Shown here in pieces: positions 9,956 through 19,130 of a stretch of DNA of 64,000 nt. Location: NCBI GenBank assembly GCA_965237955.1, contig OZ250169.1, positions 7,648,001 through 7,712,000 of the forward strand, given 5' to 3'. Positions within the stretch are counted from its first letter, which is position 1; the number at the start of each line of letters is the position of its first letter. The position numbers and the translations under genes are program-made. The stretch comes from Candidatus Marinacidobacterales bacterium. GTDB taxonomy: Bacteria > Acidobacteriota > Vicinamibacteria > Marinacidobacterales > SMYC01. The notes beneath the pieces were generated by a model, which did not search any database, was not told the origin of the DNA, and saw nothing but the letters and a program-made list of their open reading frames with translations.

Positions 9956-10115
9956 TGCGTATTCCGGGGCATCGTGAACGCAGATTCCAGCCGAAGGTGA
10001 ACATCCATTCCAAAGCATCGTGAACACGGATTCCGGGGATCGTGAACATCGATTCCGGGGAAGGTGAACACGGATTCCAGGCAACGTGAACGCCGGTTCC
10101 GGCATCGCGAACGCT
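9956..10115 (+). mobile_element. IS21-family left end with seven 20-23-bp tandem transposase-binding repeats
   Basis: Begins TGCGT, then ATTCC(N4-5)A(T/A)(C/G)GTGAAC units starting at 9961, 9984, 10007, 10030, 10052, 10074 and 10096 (last two more degenerate); followed by the istA 5' end. Confidence 0.85.
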
Positions 10116-10175
10116 CATCGATAGCACGTTTCAAGGCAACTCTAGGTCGTACCCGGAAGGAGGACGATCCAGGAA

Positions 10176-10355
10176 ATGGCAGCTAAGAGGTTATCGATGA
10201 GAAAAATACGAGAGGTTCTAAGGTTAAAGTACGAGCTGGGTTTTACTCACCGCATGATCGCAAAGGCACTTCGCGTGGCGGTCAAATCCACTGCCTTGCG
10301 GCGTTGTCGATTGCGAGGGCAGCGGTTCCAGCGTTCGGACTCCAGTGCTCCATAG
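10176..10355 (+). pseudogene. istA: Truncated IS21 transposase IstA (N-terminal HTH only)
   Basis: GGAAGGAGG upstream; MAAKRLSMRKIREVLRLKYELGFTHRMIAKALRVA is a typical IstA start; homology is lost after about 35 codons. Below the ORF-track size cut-off. Confidence 0.8.
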
Positions 10356-10375
10356 CTTCTCATCTGGGGTTGTCG

Positions 10376-10647
10376 TGAGTGCGGGCGGCCTGGCGCAAGC
10401 CCGAGATTCGGCCAGTAGATTCGATTCGAAGCGACCGACGACCTCATCTACGTCACGGTCAATTCTTGTCGATGCCGCTGAACTAGCGCGCATGCTAGGC
10501 ATCAAACTCTCCACCGTCAGAGCCTGGACGAGCGAAAAACGAATCCCGTTTCGAAAATTTGGAAGAAATGTTCGCTATGAACCGGCGAAGGTGCTAGAAC
10601 TTTGGGAGGAAGTATCTCCAGATGGCTCTCTACCGTCGGACAACTAG
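10376..10647 (+). CDS. Excisionase-like HTH (Xis/HTH_17) protein; start uncertain
   Basis: LVDAAELARMLGIKLSTVRAWTSEKRIPFRKFGRNVRY; overlaps the integrase start. Confidence 0.75.
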
Positions 10648-11693
10648 CGGACCATGGTACGCCGATTACTTCGACCAATTCGGCAAGCGTAAACGCCAAT
10701 CGCTCAAGACGACCAACAAGAGAGAGGCTGAACGAAGACATCGTCGCATTCTCAATCGAGTCGAGGATATCAAGCTTGGTGTGGCGCGCCCCGAACCCCC
10801 GAAGCTCCTGACCTTCTGTGAGTTCGCCGACAAGTACCTTCGTGACCATGCCTCGAAGAAGCAGGACGGCGGAAGAATGGACCGCATCCGGCTACAAAAA
10901 CATCTCCGTCCGCGATTCGGAACGAGACCTCTTGCAGAGATACACCGAGAGGATATTGCCAGATACCAGGCCGATAGAATGATGGAGAAAGCAGCGCCCG
11001 CAACTGTCAATCGAGAGACGCAGTTACTGAAGAGTATCTACTCCAGGGCAATCGACTGGGGCTTTGCCTACGAGAATCCAGCTCGAGGCGTGAAGCTTCT
11101 ACGCGAGAACAACAACAAGGAACGGGTGCTATCGCAGGAGGAGGAAGAGGCGTTGCTTGGCGCCGCGCGCACGAGTCGTCAGCCGAAGTTGGCGGCGTTC
11201 ATTATCCTTGCTCTCAACACTGGCCTTCGTAGAGGAGAACTGCTACGACTGGAATGGCGCGATGTTGACCGAGAACATCGCCACCTTGTCGTGCAACGGT
11301 CCAAAAGCGGGAAGTCTCGGCGGGTGCCGCTGAACTCAGTCGCGATGGACGCGGTCGAAGAGTTGCAGCCGGAAGCCTCAGGGAGGTTGTTCGATTTCGG
11401 CACGCAGGTATCAAAAACAACAACCAAGGCTGCCGAGAGGGCGGGGCTCAAGGGCGTCACGCTCCATACGTGCCGTCACACATTCTGCAGTCGGCTCGTA
11501 GCTCCGCGGGGCAGACCTCGTAACGGTGCAGACTCTGGCGGGTCACGCCACTATCGTGACGACGATGCGATATGCTCACGACGTGGCTACGAAAGAAGCG
11601 GTCGAACTACTGGAGCCTGCGCGCAACGACATGTCACACAAGCGTCACAAAGTGCTTCAGTTCAAGAAAGCGAAGACGAAGAACGCTTCATAA
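10622..11693 (+). pseudogene. Phage-type tyrosine integrase with +1 frameshift at about 11501
   Basis: TGLRRGEL, SKSGKSR and HTCRHTF are in one frame; LRGADLVTVQTLAGH...TTMRYAH (catalytic H and Y) continues in the +1 frame to TAA 11691-11693. Confidence 0.9.
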
Positions 11694-11713
11694 GTGCCTG
11701 CATTCATTCATCT

Positions 11714-11811
11714 GGAAGTGACTGGGGTCTGGTGGCCTCCTCGGACTTCAAATCCGGTGGTCCTTGGTTAATCCCTGGGACGGTGGGTTCGATTCCCACG
11801 CACTTCCGCCA
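11714..11811 (+). tRNA. selC: tRNA-Sec (anticodon UCA)
   Basis: GGAAGTG/CACTTCC-GCCA acceptor, 6-bp D stem with TGGT loop, GGACTTCAAATCC anticodon arm (TCA 11748-11750), long variable arm, GTGGG-TTCGATT-CCCAC T arm. Confidence 0.95.
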
Positions 11812-11818
11812 ACGCGCG

Positions 11819-12106
11819 ATGAGCGAGAACGACGGACCGGTCGAGCTTCCCATCGAGGACAGCATCGATCTCCACACGTTTGCTCCACGGGACATCCCGG
11901 ACGTCGTGGAGTCCTACCTCGAAGCAGCGCACGAGGAAGGGCTCGAAGAAGTCCGCATCATCCACGGTCGTGGGAAAGGCGTTCAAAAAGAACGCGTGCG
12001 TCAGGTCCTCGAAAAGAACGACCTCGTAGCGCATTTCGAAGAAGCAACATACGACCGCGGAGGCTGGGGCGCTACGGTGGTGATCTTGAAGCGCGGCGCG
12101 CATTGA
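11819..12106 (+). CDS. Smr/MutS2 C-terminal domain protein
   Basis: IDLHTF, VRIIHGRGKG, GGWGATVV; ATG 7 nt after the tRNA CCA. Confidence 0.9.
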   Translation: MSENDGPVELPIEDSIDLHTFAPRDIPDVVESYLEAAHEEGLEEVRIIHGRGKGVQKERVRQVLEKNDLVAHFEEATYDRGGWGATVVILKRGAH

Positions 12107-12131
12107 CAATATACTCAATATGATGCAAAAT
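12103..12131 (+). promoter_or_regulatory. Candidate sigma70 promoter for the TA operon
   Basis: TTGACA-17 nt-CAAAAT in an AT-rich patch; predicted +1 falls at about ATG 12138 (leaderless). Confidence 0.45.
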
Positions 12132-12137
12132 AAATAC

Positions 12138-12401
12138 ATGACCAAGGATGCTGCTATGACGATCCGAATTCCCTCGTCTCTGAAACGGAGGCTCGAGGCG
12201 CGTGCCGAGGAGCAACATCGATCGCTCTCGGCCCAGGTTGCCGCGGATCTGGAAAGCGTGCTCGATTCGCTCACACAGAGTGGTGTGGAGGGCCGGTTTC
12301 TCGGACTTTACGAAGGAACGGCGGTACCGACAGATGACGACATCGAAGAGGTTCGTAGCCTGCTGTGGGGGAGCATGAGCCGTCTCGAGGAGCGTGTCTA
12401 G
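12138..12401 (+). CDS. Ribbon-helix-helix antitoxin
   Basis: MTIRIPSSLKRRLEARAEEQHRSLSAQV RHH motif; overlaps the PIN gene. Confidence 0.75.
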   Translation: MTKDAAMTIRIPSSLKRRLEARAEEQHRSLSAQVAADLESVLDSLTQSGVEGRFLGLYEGTAVPTDDDIEEVRSLLWGSMSRLEERV

Positions 12402-12789
12402 CTACGTTCTGGACACGCATGCGTGCGTGTTCTCTCTCGCCGCTCCGCGCAAGCTAGGACCCAAGGCGAGAAAAGCATTGGTCTCGGTCGAGGCGGGTGG
12501 GAGTGAGGCGTGGATTCCCGCCGCGGTCGTCGCGGAAGTCGTTTTGTTGAGGGAGCTCGGGCGAATCGAGATCGGTCTTTCGCACCTCAAGACCGCCATG
12601 GAGGAAGCTCCCGGATTGCGCTTCCTTCCTATGGATCTACGTCAGCTGGATGAGTTCGCTGCGCTCGGCGCGATTCGGGATCCGTTCGACAGACTCATTG
12701 TGAGTGCTTCCCGAGCTGTCGGGGCTCGACTCATCACGAAGGACGACTCCCTGCAGGAACAAGGTCTGGTTCAGACGGTGTGGTCTTGA
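12394..12789 (+). CDS. vapC: PIN-domain (VapC-type) toxin
   Basis: YVLDTHA, E in VVAEV, DPFDRLI, LITKD. Confidence 0.85.
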   Translation: MSSYVLDTHACVFSLAAPRKLGPKARKALVSVEAGGSEAWIPAAVVAEVVLLRELGRIEIGLSHLKTAMEEAPGLRFLPMDLRQLDEFAALGAIRDPFDRLIVSASRAVGARLITKDDSLQEQGLVQTVWS

Positions 12790-12992
12790 TGTCACCGCTT
12801 TCCACGACGAGTTCGTCAAGATCGCAAGAGCTGAAGCGCGTCAGCCTGAAACCGTGACTGTTGGCGCGTGATAAAATATACTGTGACTTCACGAATGACC
12901 GAGGTGGAAAAGCGCCGCCAACGTCGCACGTCGGCTCCGACCCGTGTTCTCCGAGGTACGCCAGAGCCGCGTCAAGACGACGTGATGCCTCG

Positions 12993-13436
12993 ATGTCACC
13001 GGCTGAGCGGATGGCAATGGTGTGGCAGCTTACGGTCGAGTGCCTCGCTTGGGCAGGTGCGGATGCAAACGAACTCCGACTTCAGGGGCACGTTCGCGCC
13101 ACCAAAGAGCTGGGTGTGTGGGTAGAGGCGTCGCCGGAGAATGCCGAGCGGGTATACCGAGCGCTCGCCGTCTTTGGGGCTCCACTGGACGATCTGACGG
13201 TGAAAGACCTGGCCTCCTCGGACCTGATCTTCCAGATTGGAGTTCCTCCACTGCGCGTCGACATCATCACGTCCATTGATGGCGTTGAGTTCGTCGATGC
13301 CTGGCCCGAGAGAGTGTCGTCGGAGTACGGGGATCAGCCGGTTCACGTACTGTCGCGCCGCGATCTCATCCAGAAGGCTGCCGGTCGACTCCAGGATTTG
13401 ACCGATGTCGACGCCTTGGAAGGTGGCGGCGACTAG
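12993..13436 (+). pseudogene. Deletion-fused remnant of a small protein and a nucleotidyltransferase (MNT-like)
   Basis: MSPAERMAMVWQLT...LRLQ is joined directly to GHVRATKELGVWV...GVPPLRVDIITSIDGV...KAAGRLQDLTD; the NTase N-terminal GG/GA motif is missing. Confidence 0.6.
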
Positions 13437-14716
13437 GCTGGCCTCGTCAGGAGCTCCGGGAGCCAGAGGCTCAGCGCCGGGAAAAACGTCACCAGCAGCA
13501 ACACCACCGCGAGTGCGAGGATGAAGAAGATGTTCACGCGCATCACCTCGGACATCGGGACGTCGGCAATCGAGCAGGTCGTGATGAGCACCGACGCCAC
13601 TGGCGGCGTTTGCTGGCCGATCGCTAGGCTCACGGTCACCATCAACCCGAAGTGAATTGGGTCGATGCCGAGTTGGTTCGTGAGCGGCAGTAGGATCGGC
13701 ACGAGCAAGACGATGGCGGCGGCGCTGTGAAGGATCATCCCGGCTCCGAGAAGGATGGCGTCGATCAGAAGTAGCGCCGCCACCTGGCCGGTGACGTTCG
13801 TGAGGATGAACGTTGCCAGACGCTCGGGGACCTGTTGGTTGGCCAGATACCATCCCAGCACAGCGGAACCAGCCACGAGGATCATCACCACGGCGGTTTG
13901 CCGGGCGGATTCGACGAGAATCTTCCCGAGGGCATTCACCGCCATGCCCCGGTAAAGAAAGAGCCCGAGGCCGAGCGCGAGGAACACCGCAACGGCGGCG
14001 GCTTCAGTCGCGGTGAAGATGCCCGCGAAGATGCCGCCGAGAATGACGATCGGTAGGCTCAGGGCAAAGAATGCACGCCGGAAGCTGGTTGTGACCTTCT
14101 TGATAGCGAACGGCTCTGACTCCGCGAAACCGCCTCGTCCGGCAAGCCAATAGCTCGTCGCCATGATCGCGACGCCGGCGAGGATCCCGGGAATCACGCC
14201 GGCAATGAAGAGCTTCACGATCGACTCACCGGCGATCGCGCCGAATAGGATCATAGGGATCGATGGCGGGATGATGATCGCGATGGTGGCGGACGACGAC
14301 AACACCGCGGCGGCGAAAGGGGCAGGATAGCCGCGTTCTTTCATCGCGGGAATGAGCACGCTTCCAAGCGCGGCGGCATCGGCGACGGCGGAGCCGGAGA
14401 CTTCGGAGAAGAACATGCTCGAAAGCGTTGTCGTCATCGCCAGGCCGCCGCGGACGAACCCCACCAGGCTCGCGGCGAAGTCGATGAGACGTTTCGAGAT
14501 CCCGGCGTAGTTCATCAGCGCGCCGGCCAGAATGAAGAGTGGCACCGCGACCATTGGGAAGTTGTCGGTGCCGTTGAAGAGGCGTTGCACCACGACGACG
14601 AGTGGCGTCGACGTCGTGGTCGCGATGACCACGATGCCGGCTGCGATCAGTGCGTAGCCGATGGGGACTCCGATGGCGATGAGGACTAGGAGCAGCGGGA
14701 GCAGCAGAAATTCCAT
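13433..14716 (-). CDS. dctM: TRAP transporter large permease
   Basis: Many TM helices; AVPLFILAG, SGSAVAD, IIIPPSIPMI, GIFTATEAAA, IGQQTPPV. Confidence 0.92.
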   Translation of the reverse strand: MEFLLLPLLLVLIAIGVPIGYALIAAGIVVIATTTSTPLVVVVQRLFNGTDNFPMVAVPLFILAGALMNYAGISKRLIDFAASLVGFVRGGLAMTTTLSSMFFSEVSGSAVADAAALGSVLIPAMKERGYPAPFAAAVLSSSATIAIIIPPSIPMILFGAIAGESIVKLFIAGVIPGILAGVAIMATSYWLAGRGGFAESEPFAIKKVTTSFRRAFFALSLPIVILGGIFAGIFTATEAAAVAVFLALGLGLFLYRGMAVNALGKILVESARQTAVVMILVAGSAVLGWYLANQQVPERLATFILTNVTGQVAALLLIDAILLGAGMILHSAAAIVLLVPILLPLTNQLGIDPIHFGLMVTVSLAIGQQTPPVASVLITTCSIADVPMSEVMRVNIFFILALAVVLLLVTFFPALSLWLPELLTRPA

Positions 14717-14724
14717 CTAGTCTT

Positions 14725-15210
14725 CTAGTCTGAGTCTGGTGAGGCGAAAAGCCGCGCGATCTGGATTGCCTCGATCAGCAGCATGAAGACCGCTGAAAGC
14801 GGGATCACCAGATAAACGAGACCCGCGGGAATGTCGATGGTGATGGCGCGTTCCGTCAGGAACCGCAAAACAAGCTGAGCTCCGTAGATGAGGAGAACGA
14901 CGTGGACGGCCACCATAAGACCGTGTGCCGTGAGCTCGAGGATGCGGCGCGCACCAGGGGAGACACTCTCGAGAAGGTTGTCGATCCCGATGTGCTGGTG
15001 GTACGAGCGCGCCAGTACCGCGCCCAAAAACGTCAGCCACACCAGCAAGTAGCCGACGAACTCGTCGTACCAAACGAAGCTTCCACCGAACGGCCTGCGA
15101 GCGACCTCGATGAAACAGATCGACGCAATCGCACCGAGGATGAGGGCGACCGCGATCGTGAGGAACGAGCGCAGCGCGCGTTCGATGCGCCCGACCGAAA
15201 AAAGATGCAC
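14725..15210 (-). CDS. dctQ: TRAP transporter small permease
   Basis: 4 TM helices; WYDEF..YLLVWLTFLGA, HIGID; GTG start right after the dctP stop. Confidence 0.85.
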   Translation of the reverse strand: MHLFSVGRIERALRSFLTIAVALILGAIASICFIEVARRPFGGSFVWYDEFVGYLLVWLTFLGAVLARSYHQHIGIDNLLESVSPGARRILELTAHGLMVAVHVVLLIYGAQLVLRFLTERAITIDIPAGLVYLVIPLSAVFMLLIEAIQIARLFASPDSD

Positions 15211-15211
15211 G

Positions 15212-16195
15212 CTAGTCTTGAGCTCGATAGGAGCGGATCGTCGTAACGAGCTCGGGGCCGTAATGGTCGTTGAACTCTTCGTAGAGCGACTCTGTTCGGG
15301 CGGCGAACGCGTCGCGGTCGATCTCGGTAATCTCGAGCTGATCCTCCAGCATCGTCCGGTATCGGACGTCTTCTTTCTCTCCGAGCTCTCGGTGAAGACG
15401 CCCGACTTCTTCGGCAACCTCCAGAATCGCCTGTTGGACGTCCGCGTCGAGCGAGTCGAAGTAGCGGCGGCTCATGAGGGGGTAGGCCGGCGTGTAGACG
15501 TGGCGCGAGATGGAAAGGTATGCCTGTACTTCGTGAAACCGCGCAGGGACGATCTGCGAGAACGGATTTTCCTGGCCGTCGATAACGCCTTGCTTGAGAG
15601 CTGAGAAGACTTCGCCGTAGCTCATCGATGTGGGGTTGGCGCCAAAGGCTTTGAAGAGTTTCACCCGCTCCGGGTCTTTCGGAGTGCGGATCTTGATGCC
15701 TTCGAGGTCTTCCGGTCGCACGATGGGACGGACGTTGTTGGTGATCATCCGGAAGCCGTTCTCCCAGAACGCGAGGAGGACGAGATCGTGCTCGAGAAGT
15801 TTTTCTTTCAGCTTCTCGCCGATCGGTCCTTCGGCGATGCGAGCCATCTGCTCGCGATTTTCGATGAGGAACGGCAGGTCGAAGACGCCGACCATGGGCT
15901 CGACCGAATGGAGCACCGACGAGGGAACGTGCATCTCGACGGTGCCGAGACGCAAACCCTCGAGCATCTCCTTGTCTTCGCCGAGTTGGCCGGAGCCAAA
16001 GATACGCACTTCGACGCGGTCCGGCATCCGGGCCTCGAGGAGCTCCTTGAACTTTCGCGCGCCGCGATCGAACGGGGACTCGGGGAAGCCGATATGGCCC
16101 AAGCGGATGACGAGCCTGTCTTTGTCAGTACCACGGTCGGGTCCACCGCATGAGAGCGATAGCAGGAGCAGCGACAATAGCCACCAGCGTTTCAC
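15212..16195 (-). CDS. dctP: TRAP substrate-binding lipoprotein
   Basis: LSLSC lipobox; SGQLG, FDLPF, ENGFR, DLEGIKIRT, GANPTSMSYGEVFSALKQGVIDGQEN. Confidence 0.9.
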   Translation of the reverse strand: MKRWWLLSLLLLSLSCGGPDRGTDKDRLVIRLGHIGFPESPFDRGARKFKELLEARMPDRVEVRIFGSGQLGEDKEMLEGLRLGTVEMHVPSSVLHSVEPMVGVFDLPFLIENREQMARIAEGPIGEKLKEKLLEHDLVLLAFWENGFRMITNNVRPIVRPEDLEGIKIRTPKDPERVKLFKAFGANPTSMSYGEVFSALKQGVIDGQENPFSQIVPARFHEVQAYLSISRHVYTPAYPLMSRRYFDSLDADVQQAILEVAEEVGRLHRELGEKEDVRYRTMLEDQLEITEIDRDAFAARTESLYEEFNDHYGPELVTTIRSYRAQD

Positions 16196-16255
16196 GGGGG
16201 TGAATTTAGCACAGTCAGCATCGGTCGGCACACCAGGCTGATAAGATGTCCCGCT

Positions 16256-19096
16256 ATGACGCTTGCGGAGGAGTTGCGAGGGCGGATCGAAGGTGAAGTC
16301 CGTTTTGATCGCTACACCAGGATGTTGTACTCGACCGACGCGAGCATCTATCAGATAGAGCCGATTGGTGTCGTGATCCCGCGCCACGTTGGTGACGTCG
16401 AGGAAACGATGCGGCTTGCGGCTCGCGAAGGGGTTCCCGTTCTTCCTCGCGGCGGTGGTACGTCGCTTGCCGGCCAAGCCGTCGGCGAAGCGATCATTCT
16501 CGATCTCTCCAAGTACATGCGGGAGATCGTCGAGGTTTCGCCGGAAGAGGGCTGGGCCAGAGTGCAGCCGGGCGTGGTCCACGACGTGTTGGGCGCTCAT
16601 CTCGAACCATACGGTTTGCGCTTCGGACCCGAGACCGCGACGAGCAATCGTGCAAACCTCGGCGGCATGATCGGCAACAACTCAGCCGGCGCACGCTCGC
16701 TCGTCTACGGCAAGACCGTCGACAATATCCTCGAAGTTCGTGCGGTGCTCTCGGACGGAACCCAGGCCACGTTCGGACCGGTGAAGCGAAGCGAGCTATC
16801 GTCGAGGCTCAACGGTGACAGCCTTGAGGCATCGATTTACCGGACAGCGTTGGCACTCGCCGACGCTCACCGTGACGAGATCGACCGTCGCTACCCCAAG
16901 ATTCCGCGGCGGGTCAGCGGCTACAACCTCGACGAGCTTCTCGATCCGGATGAAGTCAACCTGGCGAAGCTCGTCGTCGGATCCGAAGGAACGCTCGCGA
17001 CGGTCGTCGAAGCCAAGCTGAAGCTCGTCCCGCTGCCGCCGGCCGTCGGTCTCGCGGTACTCCATTTCGATAGCCTCCTTCCCGCGCTCGAGACCGGTAC
17101 CGAGATTCTCGAGCTCGAGCCTTCCGCGGTCGAGCTCGTGGACGAGATGGTCATGGACTTGGCGCGGAAATCGCTCGAGTACTCACGCCTCATGCATTTC
17201 GTTCAAGGCGAGCCGAAGGCCCTTATCATCGTGGAGTTTTCGGGCGAGAACGACAACGAAGTTCTCGCAAAGCTCGACGCTCTCGAGGCGCGCGTCGGCT
17301 CACAGGCGTTGCCGATGGTGCGCGTACTCGACGCCGCTGGTCAGGCGAACGTGTGGAACGTACGCAAGGCGGCGTTGCCCCTGCTTCTGGGGCTCCCCGG
17401 CGATCACAAGCCCATCGCATTCGTGGAGGACACCGCGGTCGCGCCCGAGCGGATCCCGGAGTTCATTCGCCGCTTCGAAGAGATTCTGGGCAATCACAAC
17501 ACGATCGGATCTTTTTATGCCCACGCCGGCGCCGGCTGTCTTCATATCCGTCCGCTCGTGAATCTCAAACACGGTGCCGAGGTTACCAAGATGACTACGA
17601 TCGCCGAGGAAGTTTTCGACCTCGTGATCGAGTTCGGTGGCTCGATGAGCGGTGAGCACGGCGACGGTCTCGCGCGGAGCCACTTCAACGAGCGTCTCTT
17701 CGGCGAGCAGATTTACGGTGCTTTCAAAGAGCTCAAGGCGGCGTTCGATCCGAAAGGCATCATGAACCCAGGCAAAGTCGTCGATGCTCCGGCGATGGAT
17801 AAGAACTTACGCTACGGCGACGAGTATCGCGCCCGCGAACCGGAGACGGTGTTCCCGTACGCGGCCGAAGGTGGCTTTGCGCGGGCGATCGAGCTTTGTA
17901 ATGGCGCCGGCGTCTGCCGCAAGAGCCTCGAAGGCACGATGTGTCCCTCGTTCATGGTCACCCATGACGAAGAGCACTCGACGCGGGGGCGGGCGAACGC
18001 GCTCCGCGCCGTACTCGACGGACGCCTCCCGCCGGAGGAGATGACGAGCGATCGGCTCCACGACGTCATGGACCTCTGTATCTCGTGCAAAGGCTGCAAA
18101 GCCGAGTGTCCGTCCAATGTGGACATGGCACGTCTGAAGTCGGAGTTTCTGTCTCTCTACCACCGCGAGCGCGGCTATTCGCTACGCGATCGCCTGTTCA
18201 CGCGGCCCGATGTCGCCGGCCGCTGGGGCGTCGCGACGCGGCCCGTCGCGAACTGGATCATCCGGCAGAAGTGGTTTCGGGCGCTCCTCGAGAACGTCGC
18301 TGGAATCGATCGCCGGCGGAGCCTCCCGGCGTTTGCGAGCCAAACGTTCGCGAGCTGGTTCCAAAGCCGTGGCACCAAGCGCCCCGACAAGAAAGTCAAG
18401 AAAGTCGTGCTGTTCCACGACACGTTCATGAACTACCACGAGCCCGACATCGGCAAAGCGGCGGTAGCGGTCTTGGAAGCGTCTGGCTACGAAGTTGTGC
18501 TCGCGAAGAAAGTCTGTTGCGGGCGTCCGGCGATTTCGAAAGGGATGCTCGACCGCGCGCGCGCGCTAGCGCGGCAAAACGTCGAAGCGTTGACGGGGCG
18601 TGCTCGGGACGGCGTTCCCATCGTGGGACTCGAGCCCTCGTGCATTCTCAGCCTGCGCGATGAGTACCCCGACCTCGTTCCCGGCGACGACGCGAAAGTA
18701 GTAGCGGAGAAGAGTGTACTGCTCGAGGAGCTAGACGGTCTGGAGATCGAGTTTCGAAACCCACATGCGAACGTACTCGTGCACGGGCATTGCCATTCAA
18801 AGGCCCTCGTTGGAATGGAGCCTCTGATGGCATTCCTGAAGAAGATGGCGAGCGACGTTACCTTCGTCGATTCGGGCTGTTGCGGCATGGCGGGCTCGTT
18901 CGGCTACGAGCGAGAGCACTTCGACGTATCCCTCCAGATGGCGGAGCGCCGCCTGTTACCCGCCGTCAGGGATGTTGCTGACGAGACCGTGGTCGTAGCC
19001 CCCGGCACTTCATGCCGGCATCAAATCGCGGATGCGACCGGCCGGCACGCGTTGCACCCAGCGGAACTCGCCGCTCGGGCTGCGGGCCTGATATGA
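16256..19096 (+). CDS. FAD-binding and Fe-S-binding oxidoreductase (GlcD+GlcF fusion, YdiJ/2-hydroxyacid dehydrogenase-like)
   Basis: PRGGGTSLAGQ, GSEGTL, SGEHGDG, CNGAGVC, CISCKGCKAECP, two CCG domains. Confidence 0.9.
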   Translation: MTLAEELRGRIEGEVRFDRYTRMLYSTDASIYQIEPIGVVIPRHVGDVEETMRLAAREGVPVLPRGGGTSLAGQAVGEAIILDLSKYMREIVEVSPEEGWARVQPGVVHDVLGAHLEPYGLRFGPETATSNRANLGGMIGNNSAGARSLVYGKTVDNILEVRAVLSDGTQATFGPVKRSELSSRLNGDSLEASIYRTALALADAHRDEIDRRYPKIPRRVSGYNLDELLDPDEVNLAKLVVGSEGTLATVVEAKLKLVPLPPAVGLAVLHFDSLLPALETGTEILELEPSAVELVDEMVMDLARKSLEYSRLMHFVQGEPKALIIVEFSGENDNEVLAKLDALEARVGSQALPMVRVLDAAGQANVWNVRKAALPLLLGLPGDHKPIAFVEDTAVAPERIPEFIRRFEEILGNHNTIGSFYAHAGAGCLHIRPLVNLKHGAEVTKMTTIAEEVFDLVIEFGGSMSGEHGDGLARSHFNERLFGEQIYGAFKELKAAFDPKGIMNPGKVVDAPAMDKNLRYGDEYRAREPETVFPYAAEGGFARAIELCNGAGVCRKSLEGTMCPSFMVTHDEEHSTRGRANALRAVLDGRLPPEEMTSDRLHDVMDLCISCKGCKAECPSNVDMARLKSEFLSLYHRERGYSLRDRLFTRPDVAGRWGVATRPVANWIIRQKWFRALLENVAGIDRRRSLPAFASQTFASWFQSRGTKRPDKKVKKVVLFHDTFMNYHEPDIGKAAVAVLEASGYEVVLAKKVCCGRPAISKGMLDRARALARQNVEALTGRARDGVPIVGLEPSCILSLRDEYPDLVPGDDAKVVAEKSVLLEELDGLEIEFRNPHANVLVHGHCHSKALVGMEPLMAFLKKMASDVTFVDSGCCGMAGSFGYEREHFDVSLQMAERRLLPAVRDVADETVVVAPGTSCRHQIADATGRHALHPAELAARAAGLI

Positions 19097-19130
19097 CATG
19101 ACATGATATGATATGATATGATATGATATG
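19091..19130 (+). repeat. Pentanucleotide microsatellite (AYATG)x8
   Basis: atatg acatg acatg atatg atatg atatg atatg atatg; spans the upstream stop and the downstream start. Confidence 0.95.

Noticed and set aside
9961-10115. Regular 22-23-bp repeats resembling a CRISPR array or iterons
   Set aside because: There are no unique spacers and no cas or rep gene. A TG terminus plus the downstream istA start identify an IS21 end.
10622-12106. 494-aa apparent integrase-Smr nuclease fusion in the ORF track
   Set aside because: It is produced by the frameshift at about 11501. The frame runs through tRNA-Sec as non-homologous sequence, the true integrase C-terminus is in the +1 frame, and Smr has its own ATG at 11819.
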